A stretch of DNA of 64,000 nucleotides. Origin: Dokdonella sp. (lineage in GTDB: Bacteria; Pseudomonadota; Gammaproteobacteria; Xanthomonadales; Rhodanobacteraceae). How positions within the stretch are numbered: position 1 is the first letter of the stretch; each line of letters begins with the position of its first letter. Location of the stretch: contig NZ_JBDSWZ010000079.1 in NCBI RefSeq assembly GCF_039926425.1, forward strand, positions 82 through 64,081, in the 5' to 3' direction. The notes beneath the pieces were generated by a model that saw only the letters and a program-made list of their open reading frames with translations, ran no database searches and was not told the DNA's origin. Shown here piece by piece: positions 1-9,161 of this stretch. A program made the position numbers and the translations under genes.

Positions 1-278
1 TCGGCGAGCCGCTCACCGCACAGCGTCCACAGCTCCTCGAACAGAAATGGCGCGGTCACGATCGTCGGTCCGGCGTCGAACGTGAAACCGTCCTGTCGAT
101 ACACGTACGCGCGACCACCGGGCGCATCAAGCTTCTCGAGCACGGTCACCTTGTAACCGCGCGCGCCGAGCCTCACTGCAGCCGCAAGCCCGCCGAATCC
201 GGCGCCGATCACCAGCGCGACCGGAGGACTGCGCCTGGGCCCGGGAGACAGTCCGGACGGACTGGGAAGTGTCAACAT
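1..278 (-). CDS. crtI: Phytoene desaturase, N-terminal part (runs off the left edge)
   Basis: Hand translation [84 protein letters not shown] contains the Rossmann GxGxxG motif and the Crt[10 protein letters not shown] motif. Not in the ORF track. Confidence 0.93.
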   Translation of the reverse strand, partial: MLTLPSPSGLSPGPRRSPPVALVIGAGFGGLAAAVRLGARGYKVTVLEKLDAPGGRAYVYRQDGFTFDAGPTIVTAPFLFEELWTLCGERLA

Positions 279-312
279 TGTGTGACAATATAGAAGTCCG
301 AATGGAGTGACA
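270..312. promoter_or_regulatory. Tandem PpsR operators: perfect TGT-N12-ACA (270-287) and one-mismatch site (295-312), 7 bp apart
   Basis: TGTCAACATTGTGTGACA and AGTCCGAATGGAGTGACA lie between the divergent crtI and idi genes. Confidence 0.85.
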
Positions 313-313
313 A
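285..313 (-). promoter_or_regulatory. sigma70-type promoter of crtI
   Basis: Minus strand TTGTCA (313-308), 17-nt spacer, TATTGT (290-285); overlapped by both PpsR boxes. Confidence 0.65.
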
Positions 314-482
314 CTGAAAAAGCCACGCCGCATTTCCGCGCTTGTCGACGCTCGCGCCACGCCGGGGAGAGAGCCCTCGAATGGGCTTGGCCACGATGAA
401 AGCCGACACAGTCGGCGAACCTGCGCGTGTGGTGCTGTCGCGAAAATATCCGCTGATTCGTTCGTCCGGCGTGGAGGTTGAA

Positions 483-1049
483 ATGGACAGCGTTCCGAAC
501 ATCCGCAACGCCGTGGTGTCGTTCGACAACGAACCGTTGATCCTCGTCGACGAGGATGATCGCGAAATCGGCTACCTCCCGAAGTCCGAAGCACATCTGG
601 GCGCCGGACGCCTTCACCGCGCATTTTCGTTGTTCGTGTTCGACGAGCGCGGTCGCCTGCTGATGCAGCGTCGCGCGGCCACCAAGCGACTGTGGCCCGA
701 CTACTGGTCCAATACCTGCTGCAGCCATCCGCGTCGCGGCGAAGACATCAACAGCGCGGTTCACCGTCGTCTTCACGAAGAGCTGCGACTCAGCTGTCCC
801 CTCGAGTTCCTGTTCAAGTTCCAGTACCAGGCGCAGTTTGATGCGGCGGGTGCGGAGAACGAGTTGTGCTGGGTCTACTCGGGCTGCTCGAACACCGTGC
901 CGGATTTCAACCAGAACGAAATCTCCGATGTGCGTTACATCGAGCCCGCTGAGCTCGACCTGGAAATGAAGCGCCACCCGCGTGATTTCACACCGTGGTT
1001 CAAGCTTGAGTGGGCGCGGATCCGGCGCGGTATCGCCCGCACCGCCTGA
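483..1049 (+). CDS. idi: Isopentenyl-diphosphate delta-isomerase, type 1 (Nudix fold)
   Basis: [19 protein letters not shown] and ENELC motifs; GGAGG RBS at 473-477 before ATG 483. Confidence 0.93.
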   Translation: MDSVPNIRNAVVSFDNEPLILVDEDDREIGYLPKSEAHLGAGRLHRAFSLFVFDERGRLLMQRRAATKRLWPDYWSNTCCSHPRRGEDINSAVHRRLHEELRLSCPLEFLFKFQYQAQFDAAGAENELCWVYSGCSNTVPDFNQNEISDVRYIEPAELDLEMKRHPRDFTPWFKLEWARIRRGIARTA

Positions 1050-1070
1050 CGCTCGCGTGGCGATGTCCGC

Positions 1071-1829
1071 TCAGGCGACAGTGTTTGCCGAGGTATCGAC
1101 GACGTCTGTGGCTGGCGCCAACGCCAGCCGTGCGGCCACGATCCGCAAGACCGGCATGCTGCACGCCAATGTGAGATGACCGCCGGGCACTTCGACGTTT
1201 TCCGTGCACGGGCCTTCCAGCTCGAGCGCGTTCCGCCACGGCACGACTGCATCGCTTTTCGAATGGATGGCTGTCGTTGGCACGACCGGCACCGCGTGCG
1301 AAGGAACGAAACCGGGGTCGCCAAGCGCACTGCGAAGCGTCTCGAACGATCGAATCCATCGGTAGGCGCCGGCGAGTTCTGCCGCGCATGGCTGGATCGG
1401 AGTTCCCAGCGTGATTACCCTTCGAACCAGCCCGGGTCGACGGCGCGCCATTTCGCGCGCGTAGAGTCCACCGGCACTCCAGCCGATCAGAGTGAGCGTT
1501 TTCGCGCCGTCCGCAATGTGTTGCGCATGAGCGAGCAGGCGTTCGAGCACGCGCAGGCTGAGGCCGAGATTGCGGCCCTCGTTCCATCCGTGAACCGCGT
1601 AACCGAGTCGATCGATCGCGCGCGCCATTGGCGCCAGCGCAAGGTCACCCGTTGCGAACGCCGGCAGGAGCATGACCGGATGACCATCGCCGTGCGCCAG
1701 TGATTCGGTCGAGGCCGCGGATTCGAAATCGGACCGTTCGCGCGACGTGTGCGTCTCCCCGAGCAGGAGGCGCATCGCGCCGAACCCTGTCGCTCTTGCA
1801 CGATCTGCCACGGGATGTGTGTTCCGCAT
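1071..1829 (-). CDS. Alpha/beta hydrolase (esterase/lipase-like) in the bchO position
   Basis: GDGHPVMLLP, nucleophile elbow GWSAGG, TLGTP, SKSDAVV (Asp) and GGH (His); starts 2 nt after the bchD stop. Confidence 0.8.
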   Translation of the reverse strand: MRNTHPVADRARATGFGAMRLLLGETHTSRERSDFESAASTESLAHGDGHPVMLLPAFATGDLALAPMARAIDRLGYAVHGWNEGRNLGLSLRVLERLLAHAQHIADGAKTLTLIGWSAGGLYAREMARRRPGLVRRVITLGTPIQPCAAELAGAYRWIRSFETLRSALGDPGFVPSHAVPVVPTTAIHSKSDAVVPWRNALELEGPCTENVEVPGGHLTLACSMPVLRIVAARLALAPATDVVDTSANTVA

Positions 1830-1831
1830 GC

Positions 1832-3640
1832 CTAGCGCCTTGCTGGCGCGCGTGCGCCCTTGACGACGCTCGACAGCGACGCCGCGTCCGCGTAGGGCAG
1901 TGGCAGGTACGTCGCATCCATTGCTGCGGCGAGCAGTGCTGCAGCGACTTGCGGGCGCGGCGAGGTATCTAGGAACAGCGTGGTGATCGACGCCGCACGC
2001 AGACGCGACGCGGCGGCACGCGCATCGGACTCGGCCCGCTCACGGTTTCCGGAACCATCTCGCGCAATGTTCGCCCGACCATCGGTGAGAAGGACCAGCG
2101 TTGCCGAATGGCCTGCGCGCTTGACCTGTTCCGCGAGCGCGATGCCGGCATCGATCGCGGCGGCGAGCGGAGTACCGCCTCCGCCGGGAAGTCCGGCGAG
2201 GCTGCGTTTGGCGCGAATCAGCGAACGGGTCGGCGGCAACAGCAGTTCGGCGTCAGTGCCACGGAAGCCGATCACGGCCACCTGGTCGCGTCGCACGTAG
2301 CAGTCGGCGAGCAGCAACTCGACTGCGCCCTTCGCTTCGGCGAGCCGGTTGATTGCAGAAGACCCGGAGGCGTCGACGACAAAGATGGTGGTGGTCTGCG
2401 TGCGCTGTCGATAGCGCGTGACGTGGAAATCCTGGCGACGGATCTCGACGCGCCGGGCCAGCGATGGTGCTCGCGCAGCGCGTCGCAAAGGCTGCCACGG
2501 CGCTGCCGCGCGCAGCGTTTCGACGAGATTGAGACGGATGCCGGCAGACGGGTCGCCCGGTCGTGTTCCTGCCGGACGGCCGCGCCGCATCGATTGCCGC
2601 AGTGCGCCGGCCCGACCGTCGGTCCGCGCGCGCGACGCGCCGCTGTCCTGCACACGCAACCGTTGCAGCAACCCGCGTGGAATCGCGGCGACAGTGGCGG
2701 CAAGAAGCAGCTCATCGAGTGGCATGTCAGGTCGATCGGACTCATCGCCGTCGTCGTGCGGATCGCTCTCTCCCGCGGTTGATGGAGGCGGTTCGTTGCG
2801 TCCGGACTCATCCGGCGCAGGCGGCGGGTCGGATCTGGTTTCCGAGGGAGCAGCCTGCTCCGGCAGAACGGCCGCCCGCGGCGCGAGCACAAGCCGCACC
2901 GCGCACGCAGCGTCCTGGTCCGTTGGTTGCGCCCGTCCGTGCAACGCGGCGAGCGCACAGGCCGCGCGTATCGCCATGATCGATGCACGGACCGACGCAA
3001 CGCCGAGCTTCATCGCCACCGAACAGACTGCTTCGCAAAGATCGTCGCCGCGAATCCGAGCAAGTCGCGTTCGCGCGAGCGCAATGGCATCCGCATCGAA
3101 TACGGTCGCGTCGACGTGCTTCGCGCGCAGTCCCGACAGATCGATGAGGAAAGGCAGTCGGTCGAGCAGACTCGCCCGCACAGGTTCCTCGTCATCGCCC
3201 GCTTCGTCCAATGCAATGACCCCGATCCGTGCAGGCGTCCGGGACGCGAGTCCGTTGCGCTCGAGCACGACAGTGTCGGTATCGAGCACCGCCGCGATGT
3301 GCGCAAGGGTGGACGCATTGAAGCGTTCGGCCATCGGCAGCACGAGGAAGCCGCCATCGGCGTCCGCCAGGATGCCGCGCTGTGCGATCGCACGACCTGC
3401 GCCAAGGGTCGCCGCGAGGTCGAGCCCGCCGAGGAGCCGCTCGTCGCCGACATTCACCGGCACCCTTCGCAGAGGCTCGACCGGCGGCAGGTAGTCGCGC
3501 AACAGCCCGAGCCAACGATCACGCGCATGCCCGTGCGGGGCGCGGATGCATGCGCCACGCAAGCCGGTCGGATTGATCGCAATCAGCGCCGCGGCAAGCG
3601 CTGCGTCCGCCCAGCGCGCCTCGTCGTCCGCGTCGCTCAC
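1832..3640 (-). CDS. bchD: Magnesium chelatase subunit D
   Basis: Degenerate AAA N-terminus (RLLGGLDL), Pro/acidic linker, C-terminal vWA domain (VVDASGS, GGGTPL, TDGRAN); overlaps the bchI stop. Confidence 0.95.
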   Translation of the reverse strand: MSDADDEARWADAALAAALIAINPTGLRGACIRAPHGHARDRWLGLLRDYLPPVEPLRRVPVNVGDERLLGGLDLAATLGAGRAIAQRGILADADGGFLVLPMAERFNASTLAHIAAVLDTDTVVLERNGLASRTPARIGVIALDEAGDDEEPVRASLLDRLPFLIDLSGLRAKHVDATVFDADAIALARTRLARIRGDDLCEAVCSVAMKLGVASVRASIMAIRAACALAALHGRAQPTDQDAACAVRLVLAPRAAVLPEQAAPSETRSDPPPAPDESGRNEPPPSTAGESDPHDDGDESDRPDMPLDELLLAATVAAIPRGLLQRLRVQDSGASRARTDGRAGALRQSMRRGRPAGTRPGDPSAGIRLNLVETLRAAAPWQPLRRAARAPSLARRVEIRRQDFHVTRYRQRTQTTTIFVVDASGSSAINRLAEAKGAVELLLADCYVRRDQVAVIGFRGTDAELLLPPTRSLIRAKRSLAGLPGGGGTPLAAAIDAGIALAEQVKRAGHSATLVLLTDGRANIARDGSGNRERAESDARAAASRLRAASITTLFLDTSPRPQVAAALLAAAMDATYLPLPYADAASLSSVVKGARAPARR

Positions 3641-4674
3641 GCGGCCGTTCCGGGCCCGAACAATTGCGCCACCGCGCGTTCGACCCGAGCGGTGGAGCCG
3701 GTGTCGTCCAGTGGATCGCGGCGCAGGCGATGCCGCAACGACATCGATGCGGAGCGGCGCAGATGGTCGTCACCGACGACCGCATCTCCGGCCAGCGCGG
3801 CGAGCGCGCGGGACGCACGGACCAGCGTCAGTTCGCCGCGAAGACCGTCGGTACCGAGGCTCATGCACAACTGCGCGGCACGCTCGAGCGCACTGTCGGG
3901 AACGCCGATGGCCGGGAGACGCGCACGCGCCTTGACGATGTGTCGCCGGACGCGGTCGTCGTCTTTCTTCCAGTGCTCGATGAAGACGGTGCGATCGCGT
4001 TCGAAATCGTCGCGGCGTCGGACCACCGCCACACGCGCGCCGAGGTCGGTCGGCGTCCTGACTTCGACCGAGAGGCCGAACCGGTCGAGAAGTTGCGGCC
4101 GCAATTCCCCTTCTTCCGGATTGCCGCTGCCGATCAGCACGAACCGCGCCGGATGTCGAACCGACAGGCCTTCGCGCTCGACCAGGTTTTCACCCGACGC
4201 GGCGACGTCGATCAGCAAGTCGACGAGGTGATCTTCGAGAAGGTTGACCTCGTCGACGTACAGAAACCCGCGATTTGCACGCGCCAGCAGTCCCGGTTCG
4301 AATGCCTTCACGCCATCGGCGAGTGCGCGTTCGATGTCCAGCGCGCCAACCACGCGGTCCTCGGTGGCACCGAGTGGAAGGTCGACAACCGGGACGGGAA
4401 TGCGATGCGCCTTGAGCGCGGTGTGTTCACTGCGCGCACGACAGTCGGCGCACCACTGCTGTTCTGTCGCCGGGTCGCAGGCGTAGACGCAGCCGACGTT
4501 GGCACTCATCGGCGGCAACAGCGCCGCAAGCGCGCGCACCGCGGTGGATTTGCCGGTGCCGCGATCGCCGAACACCATCACGCCGCCAATGCTTGCGTCG
4601 ACCGCGGCGATCAGCAGCGCCTGCTTCATCTCCTCCTGGCCGACGATCGCGGAAAAAGGAAAAGGCTGTCCCAT
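3637..4674 (-). CDS. bchI: Magnesium chelatase ATPase subunit I
   Basis: PFSAIVGQ, Walker [37 protein letters not shown]; start placed at MGQPFPF (4674). Confidence 0.96.
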   Translation of the reverse strand: MGQPFPFSAIVGQEEMKQALLIAAVDASIGGVMVFGDRGTGKSTAVRALAALLPPMSANVGCVYACDPATEQQWCADCRARSEHTALKAHRIPVPVVDLPLGATEDRVVGALDIERALADGVKAFEPGLLARANRGFLYVDEVNLLEDHLVDLLIDVAASGENLVEREGLSVRHPARFVLIGSGNPEEGELRPQLLDRFGLSVEVRTPTDLGARVAVVRRRDDFERDRTVFIEHWKKDDDRVRRHIVKARARLPAIGVPDSALERAAQLCMSLGTDGLRGELTLVRASRALAALAGDAVVGDDHLRRSASMSLRHRLRRDPLDDTGSTARVERAVAQLFGPGTAA

Positions 4675-4763
4675 GGTCGAGAATTGTCCGCCGCCGAGGA
4701 AGGACCGCTGCGGGTCCGAACGCGCTACGATCGCCCACCGTACCGGACGGAATTCGCACTTGA

Positions 4764-4781
4764 CGTCAAGTTTAGCAGACA
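4764..4781. promoter_or_regulatory. Near-consensus PpsR operator between bchI and the heme oxygenase gene
   Basis: CGTCAAGTTTAGCAGACA (minus strand TGTCTGCTAAACTTGACG); one mismatch to TGT-N12-ACA. Confidence 0.55.
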
Positions 4782-4894
4782 CCTTCGGGCGACTTTTCGT
4801 GATTGTCGACCGGAGGACCCCGCATGCATGCGGGTCACTCCGCGTTCGCCGACCGAACCGGCATCAATGAACGTCGTTCGCATGAGCCCTTGAG

Positions 4895-5548
4895 ATGGAT
4901 ACGGGCCGTCCCGAACCACCGGGTCCGTTGTCGTTGTCCGCGCAGCTTCGTGCCAGGACGCGCGACCTGCACACCCAGGCCGAACGCAGCGGGATCATGC
5001 GCGCGCTTCTCCGCGGCGATGTGCAACGGGCTGCGTACGTGCTGCTTCTACGCAACCTCCACGCGATCTATGCTGCGCTGGAAGCCGCCCTTGAAGCGCA
5101 CGCCGCGCATCCGCTGATTGCGCCGCTGTACGACCCGTTGCTGTGGCGTCGTCGTCCGCTCGAACAAGACCTCGATGCGTTGCATGGCGCCGAATGGCGC
5201 GATCTCGCCATTACCCCGACCACCCGCGACTACGTCATTGTGGTCACCGCCGCGAATCCCGCGACGCTGGTGGCGCACGCCTATGTCCGCTATCTCGGCG
5301 ATCTCAGCGGCGGTCAGATCCTTGCACGCATCGTGCAGGCATCGCTGCAGCTCGAGGGGACGGCTGGCTCCGAGTTCTACCGTTTCGCCACGCCCGATGC
5401 GGGCGCTCTCGCGCAACGCTTCCGGCGCCAGCTGGACGGCATTCCCGTCAACGCTGCCCTCGCAGCGATTATCGTCGGCGAGGCACGTCGATCCTTCTCG
5501 ATGCACGTGCGACTGTTCGAGGAGCTGGCGGTCGCTCCGCCGTCCTGA
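4895..5548 (+). CDS. hmuO: Biliverdin-producing heme oxygenase (HmuO/HO-1 type)
   Basis: Proximal His region TRDLHTQAE and signature HAYVRYLGDLSGGQIL; adjacent to the phytochrome gene. Confidence 0.9.
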   Translation: MDTGRPEPPGPLSLSAQLRARTRDLHTQAERSGIMRALLRGDVQRAAYVLLLRNLHAIYAALEAALEAHAAHPLIAPLYDPLLWRRRPLEQDLDALHGAEWRDLAITPTTRDYVIVVTAANPATLVAHAYVRYLGDLSGGQILARIVQASLQLEGTAGSEFYRFATPDAGALAQRFRRQLDGIPVNAALAAIIVGEARRSFSMHVRLFEELAVAPPS

Positions 5549-5561
5549 TCGCCCGGCGAAC

Positions 5562-7751
5562 TCAACCGTCGCGATCTTTTTCGTAAGCGCGCAATTGCGA
5601 GTAGATCGCGGTCGCACGTTGCGTGGCTGTTCGAAGATCTTCGATCAACGCTGCAACTCCGCTGTTGCCGTTGCCGTCCGCAATGTCGATCGCCGCAAGA
5701 CGCGCGTTGGTGAGGATCGCACCGACCAGTGCGTCTGGCGGCTGCGCGCTCGCCAAATCGGCGGCGTTGCGACCATCGGCCCGACTCGCCTGATAGAGCG
5801 CCTCCTCCAGTTGTCGACGCGCCGCCTCGGCGCGCTTGTTTTCCGACAGATCGGTAAAGATCAGGATGAATCCAAGCACTGCACCGAGCGGACCGGGGAC
5901 CACATCGGCGCGAACGCCGACCGGGACATGGGGCGTGGACACGCCGCCAAACCGAAGCTCGCCTCGCCACGGTCGACGCTGCTCGCGAATCGTGCGGAGC
6001 ATCGCACGCGCATCCGCCGACTCGGTGAAGGCACCCGCAAGTTCGTCGAGCGTGCGGAGTGCCGATGTGCCGATCAGCGTATGGAACATGTCGTTGCTGA
6101 AGAGAATGTTGCCGCCTGCGTCGGCAATGACGACCGGCTCGCGCGCGTTGGCCACGGTGACGCGCACGAGGTTCAACTGGTGCTGCGCGATGAGCAGGCG
6201 CACCGCCTGGATCTGCACGATGATGTCGATCAGCGTGACGCCGATCGCGCGCGCAAGGGCAATCTCGGCATTCGACCACGGCGATGCGGTGCCGCGGACG
6301 ATCTGCGACCACGCCTCGAATGACCGTCGCGGCGACAGGTTCATCGGATCGTTGTCGATCACCGCTTTGGACGGATCTCCCGCCCACGTCACCTCGCTGT
6401 ACTGTTCGGCGCGGAACCACATCAGGTAATCCGGCCGCGAAATCGAGAGCTCCAGGGCGATCAACCCGCTCGCGGTCGGACTGATCGACGCGAACGCAGG
6501 GTTTTCGCGCGACACCGATGAACAGCAGAACATCGAATCGGTCTTCTGCGCGGCGACCCACGCAAGAAGTTTCCGCAGCTCGGGGGTCGATGGCACGTCG
6601 CCAACGGTCTGGATCTCGTCTTCGAAAAACAATGCCGCACCCGTTGCATCGAGCGGTTGCAGCAGCGTTCGCGGGCTGCGAAACAGCGCGCGCCGCCAGT
6701 CGCCATCCGTGGATGTGGCGTCGATCAGCCGCTGTTCGAGCGCACGCACAAGAATGACCCCTTGCGCGTGCGCGTAATTCTCGACTGCAGTGATGCGCGT
6801 CGAGATGACTTCGGCGAGCAGCCCGCACGCCGCACGCAGGCTGTATCCGATCCGCCGCGGCGAATAGTGGTGGCAGGCGATCAGGCCCCACAGGCGACCT
6901 TCGCGAACCAGCGACACCACCAGGGTGGCGGTGACGCCCATGTTCTTGAGGTACTGCAGGTGGAGCGGTGACATGCTCCGCAGGTAACACAGCGACATGT
7001 CCAGTTCGCTGCTGTCGGGCAGCACCGGAACCGGCTCGTAGTGGACGTCGACGAGGACGCGGACGCGATTGCGAACGTAGAGCGCGCGCGCGCGATGCGG
7101 GATGTCGGTCGACGGATAATGATGTCCCAGCAGGGATTCGAGCGATTTCCTGCGTGCTTCCGCAATGATCTCGCCGTGACCGTCCGGATCAAACTTGTAG
7201 ACCATCACCCGGTCGTAGCCCAGCAGCGCGCGCAGCGATTGCACCACGGAGTCAGAAAGCGCGGTCACGCTCGTCGCACTGCTGAACCGCTCGACCGCAG
7301 TGCCAAGCTGCAGGCGCAGTTCCTCGCCCGTGATGTCAATGCTCTCGATCGCAGACACGTCCGAATCGACGGGCTCCAGCTCGACGATGAGTCGCTCTCC
7401 GGCAATCCGATGAAGGATGCCTTCGAACTCCAGTGCACGGGAATTTCCGGTTGCATCGACAAAGCAGCGCAGAGGTTGCGGTTCGTCGAGAAGGTCACCG
7501 TCAAGCAGTCGCTCGATTCGACGTTGCAGGTTGCCGCCGAGTTCTGCGATCGAGCGACCCACCAGCGCCTCAACGGGAATCCCCAGGAGACCTGCGACGT
7601 TTGCGCTCGCCATTTCCACGCGCAAGCCGGTTTCATGAAGGACCAGCAGCACGCCATGTGGCTGCACGGAACCCGCAAGATGGATCAGCTCGCGCTCGCA
7701 GTTGGTGAGGTCGGCCTGACCAAACGCCGGACTGAGCAGCAGGCCCGTCAT
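5562..7751 (-). CDS. bphP1: Bacteriophytochrome, BphP1 type (PAS-GAF-PHY-PAS-helical output, no histidine kinase)
   Basis: N-terminal SPAFGQADLTNCERELIHLAGSVQPHG with the biliverdin-binding Cys, YPSTDIP, PRRSF tongue; C-terminal PAS plus HOS-like helices resembling Rhodopseudomonas BphP1. Confidence 0.92.
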   Translation of the reverse strand: MTGLLLSPAFGQADLTNCERELIHLAGSVQPHGVLLVLHETGLRVEMASANVAGLLGIPVEALVGRSIAELGGNLQRRIERLLDGDLLDEPQPLRCFVDATGNSRALEFEGILHRIAGERLIVELEPVDSDVSAIESIDITGEELRLQLGTAVERFSSATSVTALSDSVVQSLRALLGYDRVMVYKFDPDGHGEIIAEARRKSLESLLGHHYPSTDIPHRARALYVRNRVRVLVDVHYEPVPVLPDSSELDMSLCYLRSMSPLHLQYLKNMGVTATLVVSLVREGRLWGLIACHHYSPRRIGYSLRAACGLLAEVISTRITAVENYAHAQGVILVRALEQRLIDATSTDGDWRRALFRSPRTLLQPLDATGAALFFEDEIQTVGDVPSTPELRKLLAWVAAQKTDSMFCCSSVSRENPAFASISPTASGLIALELSISRPDYLMWFRAEQYSEVTWAGDPSKAVIDNDPMNLSPRRSFEAWSQIVRGTASPWSNAEIALARAIGVTLIDIIVQIQAVRLLIAQHQLNLVRVTVANAREPVVIADAGGNILFSNDMFHTLIGTSALRTLDELAGAFTESADARAMLRTIREQRRPWRGELRFGGVSTPHVPVGVRADVVPGPLGAVLGFILIFTDLSENKRAEAARRQLEEALYQASRADGRNAADLASAQPPDALVGAILTNARLAAIDIADGNGNSGVAALIEDLRTATQRATAIYSQLRAYEKDRDG

Positions 7752-7832
7752 TTCCGGCCCGCAAGACGGCCGGGAACACGCTCGTGTTCGCAGGCGCGCA
7801 ACATCAACCGGTGACCGGAAGCGACCACGCGC

Positions 7833-9077
7833 TCAATGCACGTTGCGATCAGGACGTTCGCCATCGTCGAGGTGCTGCATCGTCGAATGATGCGAGACGC
7901 GGATGAGAAATCCGACGAGGCCATCCTGCCCGACAACCGTCGCCGAGAATTCCACATCGACCCGATCGGCGCTTGCGCGGCGCAGCCGGCCAGCCTGCAG
8001 GCCGAGCGACCCTTCGCGCCGAACACGCGCGAGTAGCATTCCGATGCTCGATTCTTTCGATCCCGCGGGGTCCACGAAAATCCAGTCCTCGAGATTGCCG
8101 CCGACGATGTGCCGACCGGGGGGACATTGCAGCAGATCAAGCAACGCCTGATTGACGATTTCGATGCGACCGGCACCACTGCAGACGACCACCGCATCCG
8201 GAGCGCGACGAATGAGGTCTGCAAATATCCGGTCCGCGTCTGCTCCAACCGAAATGGCATCGCGCGCCGTGTCGGCCCGTGGCGCAATCGACGCGGAAAG
8301 GAACATCACCACCAGAACCGGCACCGCCTCGTTGTCGAACGGCGTCACCGAAAACCCGATCTCCGCCCGATCATCGCCAAGCCGCAGAACGCCTTCCGCG
8401 ACACGCGCGGTGCGGCGCGCCGCCTCGAGACCAGCGGTCAACTCCCGCTGCGCATCCGCGCTGAACAGATCGGCGGTTGACCGACCTGCAATCTGCCGGG
8501 TTGATTGTCCGAGCATGCGTGCAGCAGCTGCGTTCGCGTCAAGGACACCCAGGCTCGACGCATCGAAGATCAGCGCGGGCTCGCTCGACACCTGGAACAG
8601 CAAGCGGTAGCGCGTTTCCGCCTGGCGATGCCGCCAATGGTCACGCTCCATGTCTTTCTGGCTTTGCAGCAGACGCTCCTGCATCGCGGCGACCGCGCGC
8701 ATGTCGCGACCGACGGCCAGCGTCGGACCCTGATCGCCCAGCCGGACCGCGGCATACGCAATCGGGATGTCCAGACCTTCGGACGCGTGCTCGACGTGGC
8801 GCAGTCGCGACACGCCGGTGCTGGCGAGATCGTCGAGAACCGCCTCGACCTTCTCGCGCGTGTTCCCGGTGACGGTGTCGCTCCAGCGCTGGCCGACCCA
8901 CTCGCAAGCCGATTCGGAAACGGCCTGCGTTTCGCCGAGTGCCACACTCCGGATCACTCCGCCCTCATCGAGCACAAGTGCAATGTCGTAGGCGACCGAC
9001 ACAAGCATGTCCGCAAGCTCCGGTGCAAGGTCGGACAACGCACTGAGATCCGCGAACGGACGAGGCTTTTTGCTCAT
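7833..9077 (-). CDS. ppsR2: PpsR2-like multi-PAS protein lacking the C-terminal HTH
   Basis: N-PAS, Q-linker (GRDMRAVAAMQERLLQSQKDMERDHWRHRQAETRYRLLFQ), PAS1 and PAS2, then a stop with no Fis-type HTH; AGGAG RBS before ATG 9077. Confidence 0.85.
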   Translation of the reverse strand: MSKKPRPFADLSALSDLAPELADMLVSVAYDIALVLDEGGVIRSVALGETQAVSESACEWVGQRWSDTVTGNTREKVEAVLDDLASTGVSRLRHVEHASEGLDIPIAYAAVRLGDQGPTLAVGRDMRAVAAMQERLLQSQKDMERDHWRHRQAETRYRLLFQVSSEPALIFDASSLGVLDANAAAARMLGQSTRQIAGRSTADLFSADAQRELTAGLEAARRTARVAEGVLRLGDDRAEIGFSVTPFDNEAVPVLVVMFLSASIAPRADTARDAISVGADADRIFADLIRRAPDAVVVCSGAGRIEIVNQALLDLLQCPPGRHIVGGNLEDWIFVDPAGSKESSIGMLLARVRREGSLGLQAGRLRRASADRVDVEFSATVVGQDGLVGFLIRVSHHSTMQHLDDGERPDRNVH

Positions 9078-9161
9078 GTGCCGCTCCTGCACGTGCGAAA
9101 CGACGTGGAGCGGGTTGCTCGTTGTCGCCGAACTCGAAATCGCCGGATCGACTCCATCGAT

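Noticed and set aside
4759-4770. Palindrome CTTGACGTCAAG as an FNR/FixK box
   Set aside because: Spacing does not fit TTGAT-N4-ATCAA; it is better explained as part of the PpsR-like box.
7752-7832. Frameshifted HTH of ppsR2
   Set aside because: The gap is only 81 nt and the other frames show no Fis-type HTH motif.
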